Below, piece after piece: positions 47,305 to 56,201 of a stretch of DNA of 64,000 nucleotides. Within the stretch, counting starts at the first letter, position 1; each line of letters starts with the position of its first letter. The DNA is taken from the IMG/VR virus record IMGVR_UViG_3300037851_000538, positions 20,368 to 84,367 of that record; one strand, 5' to 3'. A program made the position numbers and the translations under genes. A model generated the notes under the pieces. The model did not search any database and was not told the DNA's origin. It was given only the letters and a program-made list of their open reading frames with translations. This DNA comes from a virus.

Positions 47305-48076
47305 CTTTACCCCCATAGGAACTTCTGGGGAGGGTGTGGGTCTAGACAATGACCCGATGTATTACCTCACGCGATTGTTCGTCTACTTTCTCCAGAACCT
47401 TTATAGGGATTTTCCTGAAGGTTATGGGATGAAGTGGAAACCTTCGGTGGAAGACACCGAGATGGTTATTACGGCAGAAAAGCCCAGGCTGGACGCAATA
47501 GAGAAGCGCCCCCACATTGTATGTGTTTTAGGTGGACTTCAGTTTGCGGGTTTGGGTCTTGACCAGCTTCAGGGTATTCAGATGAGCGACGGTCAAAGGA
47601 CTCACACCGACCTAGTCCCCATGTCCATCAACTACCACTGCCAGGCGAAAGAGGGACTTCACTCTAGAAGGATTGCTTGGAACAGCTCATTCTACACGAC
47701 CATCTTGCGCCGTATTTTGATGAGAACCGGTGGTTTGTTTCATGTGGGTGTGAATCACAATATTGGCCCTGAGGGTCCCCTGACTCAGTTTACTGGTCCT
47801 TCAGCCGAGACTGAGTTGGTGGAGGTGGTGGTTTCCATTCCGTTCTATTGGCAACCTCAATGGCGTATAAAAAGAGCATCAGAGCTTTGGAACAGGTTGG
47901 AGATTGCAATGAACATTGATGGGGCTGCTCCTATATATAGCGCAGGTCGATCAATGAAGTTGCGCCCACCGATGGTGAATGGGGTTCCTGTGAAGACTAC
48001 GCCTATGCCTAGTCCTCCTTCAACTGCGTTCACCCAGAAGGTAGTGGTTATCAAACCGTCCGAGGAAGAGGAGTAG
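47276..48076 (+). CDS. Probable tail terminator/completion protein
   Basis: Position immediately before the sheath; size and alpha/beta pattern. Confidence 0.5.
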   Translation: MSRESVSVCNFTPIGTSGEGVGLDNDPMYYLTRLFVYFLQNLYRDFPEGYGMKWKPSVEDTEMVITAEKPRLDAIEKRPHIVCVLGGLQFAGLGLDQLQGIQMSDGQRTHTDLVPMSINYHCQAKEGLHSRRIAWNSSFYTTILRRILMRTGGLFHVGVNHNIGPEGPLTQFTGPSAETELVEVVVSIPFYWQPQWRIKRASELWNRLEIAMNIDGAAPIYSAGRSMKLRPPMVNGVPVKTTPMPSPPSTAFTQKVVVIKPSEEEE

Positions 48077-48080
48077 GAAA

Positions 48081-51000
48081 ATGGCAGGAGCAGCAGAACT
48101 TCCCCGCCCGGGCGTTGAGGTAGTGCAACAGTTCGCTACCACCTCGCCGACAATTGTTACTCCGACTCTGGTGCCTTGCATTGTGGCACCGTTCTTTGAG
48201 GTCATCGAAGCCCTCAACTCGGATGGAACGACAAACGACAATGCCCGGCTCCAGGACCCTTATACTCAGACGGAGCTGGTCGTTGATCAATCTTCGTTCC
48301 CTTCACCTCGGGGAAACATTAACCAGGTGAATGTGCTCGAGGACAGCGTCAGAGCGTTCTTCGAGTTTGGTGGCTCATTGATTGAGCTGTCGAAGACTCA
48401 GGCGTTCCTGACTTCCTATCTCGATCCTGACGTATCCACTCAGCCATACGTGGTTGGATCGACTACGGAGCCTGTTGGCGGTTTTGACGTGGATGGGCGA
48501 ACTCTGATCTTGTGCCTCGATGCACACACTTCGTTGTCTTCTTCGGAGTTCGTTTCTGGCGCCAACCTGCCTACCTCGAAGAACGTAACTGTGACGTTTT
48601 CGGCGGCCGTGGCCGGTGGTAACTTGACTTTGGATGAGGTGATTGCTCAGGTCAACGCTGTTCTTCCTGGCGTCGCTTCTAATGACGGTACTGACAAGCT
48701 GAAGCTCAGCTCTACCAAGTACGGGGCTAAGTCTTCTGTTGTTGTTCGCAAGACTGGAACGGCGATTGCGGGAACTGACCGTCTCGGTTTCAGCGCATCG
48801 TACGACACCGTTGCCGTCGGTTCCGGTTTCTACGCCGACGATGATAGTGACGGAGACACGACGAGCCCTCGTCTGAAGATCTATATGGGGTCTCAGCAGA
48901 TTCTTCAAAATGCCTATCCGGGTACCGCCCAGACTACGACGACTGCTCCTTTCGTTACGTCGTATGTGGAGGCGGGCGATACGGTTATCGCAGACGGGGT
49001 GAACATCGGCGAGGTACTAGAGGTTCAGAGCGACCAGCTCACTATGGCGGTAGAGCAAAGTATTGTTTCTCAGGACAGGGCTTTTGCTCCTCGTCGAGTG
49101 TGGGTGCGGGCTAACAACCTTACCTACCCGGTTCCGTCTAGCAGCGAAGCGGCAACATTGACCGGGACAATTCAGACTGCCGATGAGTCCCCTGCGTATG
49201 TGTGCGGGCAAGCGGCTGCTACTGGTGGATTCCCGATTGGTCCTGCGGAAAGCATTGTCGTCAACGTCGTGGAGAACGGGGTCGCTCTTCCTACCTACAC
49301 AGTGAGTAGCGGCTCTGGGTGGGCTACGCTGTCCGCGGTGGTGTCTGCAATCAACGGTCTGTCGGACGCTCCGTTTGAGGCGTATTTCTCCAACCCGTAC
49401 GGGGAAGAGATAACGCTGGCGTACCATACGGCCCACGCCTCTACTAGCCGGCTGGGTCTTCGTACCAAAGCCGATAACACTGGCAGTGGTGCTGCCATTA
49501 CGGTGGTCTCTTCTACGGTGGCGACGGCGTTGGGGTTCACCTCTCTTCCGGTGGGCGACGTTGGGGAGAACGTTCGTTATATGAAGGGGACCCCGGCTAT
49601 CTTTACTAGCACGAACCCGGTTGCTTCATTCGCGGGTACCGAGTCAATCACCTATACGGTCACTCGTCTCGGCTCTTCGTTGGGAGCTTCTACGTTCACT
49701 CTCCCTTCGGCTACGGGTATCGACGCATGCGTGGCTGCGTGGAATGACTCGGTTCGATACACTGAGGCTTACAAGTCCACGTCTGCTGGAATTCCTTCGG
49801 CTACAGGCACGTATCTTTCCATCCGAACTCGTGGAGAGAACGTCGGTTCTACGGCCTCTATCCTCATTAGTGCTGATAGCGCCAGCATCTTCACGGCTGC
49901 TCCTCCTGTGACGCACGCCGGAACGGACACGAACCTCAACGGCACCGTGTTTAAGTGGTCGTTGGACACCAGCGCTGCCCAGCACCAAGTGACCTTCGTA
50001 GCTGACGAGGACGATGGGGGTACGTCGTTTTTACAGGTCGTTGACAAGATCAACGAGCTCACTCCCGGTATTGCGGCTGCGGATGCGTCGTATCCTCCGT
50101 TCCTTAGCCTCACCTCGAAGAAGTACGGGGAGTCGTCTCAGGTTAAGGTTTTGGACGGTACGGCCAATACGAAGCTTGGTTTTACGACCAATCAAGAGGA
50201 CTTTGGTGACGGACGTCCTGCCCCGGACTTTGCTCTCGACGTGAATGGCGACGCGGTTATTCAGAGCCAGCTTTTGAGAGACGGACTTACCGGTCTTCCG
50301 TATGCGCCGGGCAGTGCGTCGTTACTTATCTCGTATAAGGGTCTTCGACTTGACCTTAGCCCGGAGGCGGATAACCCTTCTCTGCTGGTTATTGACTCGG
50401 TCGATACCCTTCGAGAGGTGGCAGACCCTATCAGCACGGACAATCCCGGCTCCCTGATGTGCTACCTGGCTTTGCTGAATTCTCCTTCTGTGTCTGTGGC
50501 AGCTATTGGTGTGCCCGAGGTTTCTGATGATGCTCCGGACGGAACTCCGGCTGGCTACGCTTCGTGCGCGGACTTCTTGCAGAACCAAGAGGTGTATGCG
50601 TTGGCCATTGCTAGCCAGAACCCCGCCATTCATCAGGCCATGATGGCTCACGTCAATGCGATGAGCGAGCCGGAACAGAAAGGCGAACGCATTCTGTTCT
50701 TCAACCCGCCCATTCAGACTCGCGCAAACTCGACTGTGCTAGGTTCAGGAACGGATGCCAATTCGACGGTCGTCAACAACCAAGTCGTTGTGGACGTCAA
50801 CTTGGCCCCTGCTCTCATTCAGAATGGTATTGACCCGAACATTGACATCAACCCCACTAGCGGGCCGATTGTGAACGAGGTGTACCTCGATCTTGGTGGT
50901 AGCGACAAAAACTACCTGGTTCAAAAGGTAGAGAACGGCACGAAGGTCTATCTTCGCACCTCGTTTGTGTCTGGGGACGGAAATTCAGACAACTTTTACC

Positions 51001-51734
51001 ACACGGTTGCTCTTTCCACTCCGGTGGTTAGCGACAACTGGTCGGTTAGCATTAGAGGCGACCAGTTAGTGGTTCCGGGCACGACTAAGCCGGACTACGG
51101 ACGCATCGCTGAGACCATTCAGGCTGCAGCTCAGGCGTACGGGTTCCGTCGTGGTTTCTACGTGCATCCGGACCAGGTTGGCATCAACGTGAGTGGCTTG
51201 GAGCAGGTGGTGAAGGGCTACTACGCTACGGCGTGCGTTGCCGGCATGGTGGGCCAACTTCCTCCTCAGCAAGGGTTTACGAACTATCCGATTGTCGGCC
51301 TTACCAGACTGGTGGGGTCGAACGACGTCTTCACGAATCAGCAGTTGAACGTGATGGCGGCGGGCGGTGTTTATATCCTGGCTCAGGACGTTCAGGGCTC
51401 TCCGGTGACTTGCCGCCATCAGTTGTCTACTTCGATGACGTCGATTGAGACGCGCGAGCTCTCGATTACGAAGGTGGTTGATTACGCTTCCAAGTTCCAG
51501 AGACTGGGTCTTAGAAACTTCATTGGTCGAAGCAACATCACCCAGCCGTTCTTGGACACGTTGTCTACGGTTGTCACCGGCATGCTGAAGTTCATGTCTG
51601 ATAACTCCATCATCATCGGTGGAGATATCAACAACATCCTTCAGAGTGCTGAGCAGCCGGATACGGTGCTTATCGACGAAACCTTGGACGTGCCTTATCC
51701 CTGCAATTACATTCGTTTGACGATTGTAATCTAG
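48081..51734 (+). CDS. Contractile tail sheath protein with large inserted domains
   Basis: N-terminal 'PRPGVEVVQQF'; C-terminal 'AHVNAMS...GER', 'CRHQLST...RELSI..VVDY', 'VPYPCNYIRLTI'; 1217 aa, S/T/G-rich insertions. Confidence 0.85.
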   Translation: MAGAAELPRPGVEVVQQFATTSPTIVTPTLVPCIVAPFFEVIEALNSDGTTNDNARLQDPYTQTELVVDQSSFPSPRGNINQVNVLEDSVRAFFEFGGSLIELSKTQAFLTSYLDPDVSTQPYVVGSTTEPVGGFDVDGRTLILCLDAHTSLSSSEFVSGANLPTSKNVTVTFSAAVAGGNLTLDEVIAQVNAVLPGVASNDGTDKLKLSSTKYGAKSSVVVRKTGTAIAGTDRLGFSASYDTVAVGSGFYADDDSDGDTTSPRLKIYMGSQQILQNAYPGTAQTTTTAPFVTSYVEAGDTVIADGVNIGEVLEVQSDQLTMAVEQSIVSQDRAFAPRRVWVRANNLTYPVPSSSEAATLTGTIQTADESPAYVCGQAAATGGFPIGPAESIVVNVVENGVALPTYTVSSGSGWATLSAVVSAINGLSDAPFEAYFSNPYGEEITLAYHTAHASTSRLGLRTKADNTGSGAAITVVSSTVATALGFTSLPVGDVGENVRYMKGTPAIFTSTNPVASFAGTESITYTVTRLGSSLGASTFTLPSATGIDACVAAWNDSVRYTEAYKSTSAGIPSATGTYLSIRTRGENVGSTASILISADSASIFTAAPPVTHAGTDTNLNGTVFKWSLDTSAAQHQVTFVADEDDGGTSFLQVVDKINELTPGIAAADASYPPFLSLTSKKYGESSQVKVLDGTANTKLGFTTNQEDFGDGRPAPDFALDVNGDAVIQSQLLRDGLTGLPYAPGSASLLISYKGLRLDLSPEADNPSLLVIDSVDTLREVADPISTDNPGSLMCYLALLNSPSVSVAAIGVPEVSDDAPDGTPAGYASCADFLQNQEVYALAIASQNPAIHQAMMAHVNAMSEPEQKGERILFFNPPIQTRANSTVLGSGTDANSTVVNNQVVVDVNLAPALIQNGIDPNIDINPTSGPIVNEVYLDLGGSDKNYLVQKVENGTKVYLRTSFVSGDGNSDNFYHTVALSTPVVSDNWSVSIRGDQLVVPGTTKPDYGRIAETIQAAAQAYGFRRGFYVHPDQVGINVSGLEQVVKGYYATACVAGMVGQLPPQQGFTNYPIVGLTRLVGSNDVFTNQQLNVMAAGGVYILAQDVQGSPVTCRHQLSTSMTSIETRELSITKVVDYASKFQRLGLRNFIGRSNITQPFLDTLSTVVTGMLKFMSDNSIIIGGDINNILQSAEQPDTVLIDETLDVPYPCNYIRLTIVI

Positions 51735-51779
51735 TTGCGGGTTTAGGGGCCTTTTACTTTTGATTCGGAGAGGTGATAC

Positions 51780-52475
51780 ATGGCATCGCTTTCTTTTGGC
51801 AGTCAGTCTCCTTCTGTTCCTCATCTTAGCACGGGCGAGGTGGGAGATCTTCGCGGAGACATCGAATCTGCGTTTGTGAAGTCGGATGGTCGGGTTGGGT
51901 TCCCGTTCATCAGTCGGGTGCCGGGCGGCATGGGATTGAGCCTGGCCGGTGTCCCTATCACTTGCGGGGTGGTTGGTAGTGGCTTCCTTCAAGGGCAGTC
52001 GAAGGCGACGCTTACGGCGGGCACAGGGACGTCCTCGTTGGCCTTTACGGCCAATCGACCCGGCACGCCCGGCAATTCCATTTCCGTGGCCGTTGTGGCG
52101 GGCAGTGGTTCGCTTTCTGTGGGCGTGGTGGGCCAGGCCATTACAGTTACCTTGGCTGCTGGAGGCTCGACTGCCAACGCGGTGAAGGCGGCTGTAGATG
52201 CCCACGCCACTGCCAAGACATTGGTTCAGGTGGTGAGTGGGGGTACGGGTAGTGTTGCTGCTCTGGCGGCAACAAACCTGTCTGGTGGCACAGGGGCCGG
52301 CTTTGAGGTCAAGATCAACGGCATCGAGCAGCAGGTTGTGGGGTCCTTGACAGACACAGCCCTTCCTCTGGTGGTTTCGGATTTGACTGGCTGCGCGGCA
52401 ACGGATGCGGCTATTCTTCGAGTGTCATCAAACGGTGTTGTGAGCAATGCTGTGGCACTTGGAGTTGTGGCGTAA
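51780..52475 (+). CDS. Tail-associated structural protein
   Basis: G/A/S/T/V-rich, 'FTANRPGTPGNSISV' sheath-insert-like motif; lies between sheath and tube. Confidence 0.5.
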   Translation: MASLSFGSQSPSVPHLSTGEVGDLRGDIESAFVKSDGRVGFPFISRVPGGMGLSLAGVPITCGVVGSGFLQGQSKATLTAGTGTSSLAFTANRPGTPGNSISVAVVAGSGSLSVGVVGQAITVTLAAGGSTANAVKAAVDAHATAKTLVQVVSGGTGSVAALAATNLSGGTGAGFEVKINGIEQQVVGSLTDTALPLVVSDLTGCAATDAAILRVSSNGVVSNAVALGVVA

Positions 52476-52527
52476 CTCGTACTGGGACCGTCGGCAATGC
52501 CGCCGGGCTGAGTGAAAGGAGACAACG

Positions 52528-53250
52528 GTGGCTAGACTGAGTCAATGGCAGCCTTACGATCGCTACGTTCAGGCTGGTCTTGTCGATGGTCAGTTCTTGA
52601 ATGCCTCGTTCTGTTTACTGGCAGCCGGCCCGCCTCGGTTGTCGAACTTGGGGTCAGCTACCTTCGCTACAGATAAGGGGGCGGACGAAATCGTTTTCCC
52701 TCTCGGCATTGTCCAGAACTTTAACCTCAGCCACAACCGACAATTTGCCCGTATCTGGGAGATTGGGTCGGAGCGGTCCTTCTTCATTTCTGGAAGAACT
52801 GTGGGGCAGTTGGGGTTGAGCCGGGTGATGTACCATGGCCCGTCGCTTCTTCGAGTCATGTACGCCTATTACCAGGACCTGTTCCCCCCTACGCTGGTCC
52901 CCTCGGTCATTGGCGCCAACAACGTTGGTGCTTTGACAGTGGCGAACGCCCACAATGTGAAGATCCCTGCCGGCTTTGAGAATCTGTATCTCAACCTGGC
53001 CTCTGACCTTTTCTCCCAGCCGGTAGGTCTCATGACTTACTTCCGGGACAGCAATGAGGATACGGTGGGCTGCGGCTATCTGGAGGCCTGTTACATCCCC
53101 AGCCATCAGGTGGCTACTGACGCCCAAGGAACAGTGATCCAAGAGAACGTCGCTGTTCAATTCGAGCGTTTGGTGCCTGTGGCTGTAAGCGCCCTGGCGC
53201 TTGTTGGGCTGGATGCTTCTGACACGGAAGCTCTGCCGGCAGCGGCATAA
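52528..53250 (+). CDS. Tail tube protein
   Basis: 'PLGIVQNFNLSHNRQFARIWEIGS', 'YLEACYI.SH', 'IQENVAVQFERLVP'; AAGGAG SD. Confidence 0.75.
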   Translation: MARLSQWQPYDRYVQAGLVDGQFLNASFCLLAAGPPRLSNLGSATFATDKGADEIVFPLGIVQNFNLSHNRQFARIWEIGSERSFFISGRTVGQLGLSRVMYHGPSLLRVMYAYYQDLFPPTLVPSVIGANNVGALTVANAHNVKIPAGFENLYLNLASDLFSQPVGLMTYFRDSNEDTVGCGYLEACYIPSHQVATDAQGTVIQENVAVQFERLVPVAVSALALVGLDASDTEALPAAA

Positions 53251-53259
53251 GGAAGTACT

Positions 53260-53532
53260 ATGACATTCAACGATGTTACTACTGCGGCATTCTTTGATGA
53301 GCTGGAAAAGATTGGACACCTCAACAAAGAAGCCATTAGCTTCACTCAGGGCGGCAAGCTGATGAAGGCCTTGAAGGCTGACGTAGCTAAGCCCATTGCC
53401 CAAATGCCTGCTGGACCTATGGCGGCAGGGCCTGCGGCAGCTGCGGTCAATCCGGCTAAGGCTCGCATGCAGGCGCGTTTCGGTGCGGCTATGGCCCCTA
53501 AGACCGTCGGTGGGCGCGGGCTTCAGTTCTAA
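53260..53532 (+). CDS. Small protein with FxDEL-K leader
   Basis: TAAFFDELEKIGHLNKEA. Confidence 0.6.
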   Translation: MTFNDVTTAAFFDELEKIGHLNKEAISFTQGGKLMKALKADVAKPIAQMPAGPMAAGPAAAAVNPAKARMQARFGAAMAPKTVGGRGLQF

Positions 53533-53756
53533 TGGACATTCTTCGCCTCAGCTACTGTGCCCAAGTGCTTTCCAAGCACGCAGCTAATGTCCCGGGCATT
53601 CCAGGGCTGACCGGTGAAGACAACGCCCACATGCTGACTGAGCACCCTCACGGAACCGAAGGACGTCTCTTGCGCAGGCAGAGGGTAAGAAACGTCTTAA
53701 AAAAGGTTGAGGGTCCTCGAGCTTACGCTCCTCGAGTGGGTAAAGTAAGTCCCTGA
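53532..53756 (+). CDS. Small hypothetical protein
   Basis: TAATG overlap; SKHAA motif. Confidence 0.5.
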   Translation: MDILRLSYCAQVLSKHAANVPGIPGLTGEDNAHMLTEHPHGTEGRLLRRQRVRNVLKKVEGPRAYAPRVGKVSP

Positions 53757-53759
53757 AAT

Positions 53760-53814
53760 TGGCGAGGTCCATCGCTCGCCATTTGGAACGGTCGGCCTAG
53801 AGGTCGGCCGTTCC
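53760..53814. terminator. Two hairpins at the end of the structural operon
   Basis: TGGCGAG/CTCGCCA and GGAACGGTCGGCC/GGTCGGCCGTTCC between convergent genes. Confidence 0.6.
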
Positions 53815-54045
53815 TTCTAACACCATTTTCAATTCAGCCGGCATAGGTACGGACCTCTTAAGCTCCTCGATCTTTTGAGGGTCAGATTGAGCTTGCAATA
53901 AATCCCACGCTTCTCTAACAATAGCCGAAATTACGGCAGAGGTAGGTATTTTCTTTTTCTTCTGAGAAGACAGTGCGTGTTGGAAAACGGACAGTATCCA
54001 CCTCTCATAGGGGTCTAACTGTACGAAAGTTCGATATAGGGCCAT
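53797..54045 (-). CDS. Small putative DNA-binding regulator (ribbon-helix-helix-like)
   Basis: YRTFVQL beta strand, then a helix, then 'TSAVISAIVREA'. Confidence 0.45.
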   Translation of the reverse strand: MALYRTFVQLDPYERWILSVFQHALSSQKKKKIPTSAVISAIVREAWDLLQAQSDPQKIEELKRSVPMPAELKMVLEGTADL

Positions 54046-54063
54046 ACTGAAATCCTTTACCCT

Positions 54064-54080
54064 TTTCTTGGTACAAGAAA
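54064..54080 (+). promoter_or_regulatory. TGGTACAAGAA motif embedded in palindrome TTTCTTG-gta-CAAGAAA
   Basis: Divergent intergenic region at the start of the non-structural cluster. Confidence 0.5.
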
Positions 54081-54150
54081 TATGAGGGAACTCTTAGCTG
54101 TTTTGCCGAAACGGCTGTATATCGCAACCAAGCAACAATTTGGAGTGTCT

Positions 54151-54561
54151 ATGTCCGTAATTTCGGAAGCAGAAGCTTTAGAGGCGTTAGAGAAGTTGGG
54201 GATGGGGGCTGGGCCTGTTGAGTCTGTAGGTAGGGAGGATTTGAAGAAACCGGGGGTGATAGTTCACTTGGGGGTTTTGGCCGCCCGGAGCCTGTATCAC
54301 TACGGTACTGCGGTGTTCTGCGTGGACCCCGAAGGGGAAATTGTCCAGGCCAATCCGCTTCACGTCTATTTGAAAAGCGATGCCATCGTTCCTAACGACA
54401 CGGCAGCAAATAACTTCAACTGGGTACGTCCTGTCTTAGGGTCTGGAGCTCCAAGGTACGCTGCGTGGCGGGACGGCATTCTTTGGGAGATTGAGTTTGT
54501 TACTGAAGAGAAGAAAGACGATCTAAAGGACGATAAAAAGGAGGACAGAGCCAGAAGGTGA
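54151..54561 (+). CDS. Hypothetical protein
   Basis: GGAG SD before ATG 54151. Confidence 0.55.
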   Translation: MSVISEAEALEALEKLGMGAGPVESVGREDLKKPGVIVHLGVLAARSLYHYGTAVFCVDPEGEIVQANPLHVYLKSDAIVPNDTAANNFNWVRPVLGSGAPRYAAWRDGILWEIEFVTEEKKDDLKDDKKEDRARR

Positions 54562-54619
54562 TTAGGAATGCGGTGCTGAAGTTCAAACAAGGGGTGGGGT
54601 AGGCGAATGCCGCGGGTAC

Positions 54620-54988
54620 ATGGCCAGGTCTATAAAGAACAAAGAGCCAGCTACTAGACTTATAGAACATTACCATCGCGAAGCTGATCGACTTCGTCGT
54701 AAGGGGGAAGAAAAAGATTGGCTAAGAACTGAGGAGTTTTGTTATGCCTTAGTCGAACTGTACCAGCTACTTACGGGGGAAGTTCCAATGTTTCCGGATG
54801 TGCGGGTGGCCGAGCCCAAGCTACCTGCTGTGGAGTTTGGAACTTCTTCAGAGCTTTATGAAGTGCACGGCGTCAACGTATCTTCAGGTGAGGAATACGT
54901 TCGCCGGTTAAAACAGTCAGGAGACCTAGGTGAAAAAACCCTCCCAGAACGGACTAACCTTCTTCGACCCAAGAGACATAGAGATTGA
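54620..54988 (+). CDS. Hypothetical protein
   Basis: ORF in operon. Confidence 0.55.
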   Translation: MARSIKNKEPATRLIEHYHREADRLRRKGEEKDWLRTEEFCYALVELYQLLTGEVPMFPDVRVAEPKLPAVEFGTSSELYEVHGVNVSSGEEYVRRLKQSGDLGEKTLPERTNLLRPKRHRD

Positions 54989-55790
54989 CCCGACCTTTAA
55001 TATTAGAAAGAACGCCACACCGGAAAAAGAGCTCGTAGAGTCTATTCGGCAGAACGGGATACTCAACCCTGTTCATGTGCGTTCTAAAAACAAGAAAGGC
55101 GACGGAGTAGTTCTTATCGACGGTCATCGTAGAATGAACGCCGCCAAAGAGGCTGGTTGTACCTCTATACCCGCGGTCAACCATGGCTTCCTAGATGATA
55201 AGAGCGCGTACATCATCGCGCTTACTACCAACAAGGATCAGAAGAAGCTGTCTCAGAAAGAGCAGTTCGAGGGAATCTGCCGGCTCAACAAGTTGGGAGC
55301 ATCTCCTGAAGAGATCTCAATCTCAATGGCCTTGGAGATTAGGACTGTTACTGAGGCGATTAGAGTACAAGAGAAAGCCATTCCGGCCATCAAGAAAGCG
55401 GTAAAGAAGGGCGTGAAGGAGGGAGGAGTTAATCCTAGGGTTGCTGCTCGTGCCGCTACGCTTCCGAAACCAGCTCAAGAGAAGCTTCTTCCAAAGATTG
55501 AGGGCAAGCCTAAAGAAGAGGCAATGGTCGAAGTTCGGAAGATGGAAGAAAAGGTGGGCGTGGCGGAATCTAGGACAGGTCCTAAGCCAAAGTCTCGAGT
55601 ATTTGCTCCTAAAGGACCGTACAAGCTTGCTGATGATGCTCTGGACCGATGCCAATCAATGGAGAAGGCAATTAGGGCTAAGCTAAGACATGCGCCAGAC
55701 CATATCGTTCTTAATTCTCAGTTGATGATCATTCAGTGCCTTAAGGGCGAAGTTCATCCAGCAGACCTATTTGGTTGGGAGTATGTGTGA
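54930..55790 (+). CDS. ParB/Srx-like domain protein
   Basis: NIRK....ELVESIRQNGILNPVHVR...LIDGHRR..AA; downstream HTH-like region. Confidence 0.85.
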   Translation: MKKPSQNGLTFFDPRDIEIDPTFNIRKNATPEKELVESIRQNGILNPVHVRSKNKKGDGVVLIDGHRRMNAAKEAGCTSIPAVNHGFLDDKSAYIIALTTNKDQKKLSQKEQFEGICRLNKLGASPEEISISMALEIRTVTEAIRVQEKAIPAIKKAVKKGVKEGGVNPRVAARAATLPKPAQEKLLPKIEGKPKEEAMVEVRKMEEKVGVAESRTGPKPKSRVFAPKGPYKLADDALDRCQSMEKAIRAKLRHAPDHIVLNSQLMIIQCLKGEVHPADLFGWEYV

Positions 55791-56200
55791 TGCAAAACAC
55801 GAGACTTATCGGTATCACCTTTCCAGGATCCAGAGACCCAAACATCTTGCTCGAGCGCTGGGGTAGAAAGGTCTCGGTTAAACTACCTGAAGAGTCGCTT
55901 AGTGCAATTCGACAGGCGTGTTTCATCGAGCTTCCTGTTACAGGAAAGAATAACTCGGGCTGTGTCGCTTCTTGTGGCTACAATGTTGGTACCACGTCTT
56001 TTGGAACCGTTCAGGTGGAGATGTCCGCCCACTTTTCTGAGCTGGTGTCCTCGATCTTGAGCTCATTCATGGTGGAATCGGTCGTATCTCCTTCTTCTGA
56101 GGACGTGGAGCGGCTTAAAGAGTTTGCTCTTCGTCTGAAAAGAGAGAGCGACGTTGCTAAGTCCGATTCGGAAGACTGGTACGGCGGGGAGAACAACTAA
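55790..56200 (+). CDS. Hypothetical protein
   Basis: TGATG overlap with the ParB-like gene. Confidence 0.55.
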   Translation: MQNTRLIGITFPGSRDPNILLERWGRKVSVKLPEESLSAIRQACFIELPVTGKNNSGCVASCGYNVGTTSFGTVQVEMSAHFSELVSSILSSFMVESVVSPSSEDVERLKEFALRLKRESDVAKSDSEDWYGGENN

Positions 56201-56201
56201 G

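Noticed and set aside
13060-53250. Extracellular contractile injection system or T6SS instead of a phage
   Set aside because: Terminase, portal-like, capsid and DNA metabolism genes are present, indicating a complete tailed phage
51066-53403. 379-aa and 249-aa antisense ORFs opposite sheath and tube genes
   Set aside because: Same codon-bias shadow effect; Arg/His-rich nonsense-like composition
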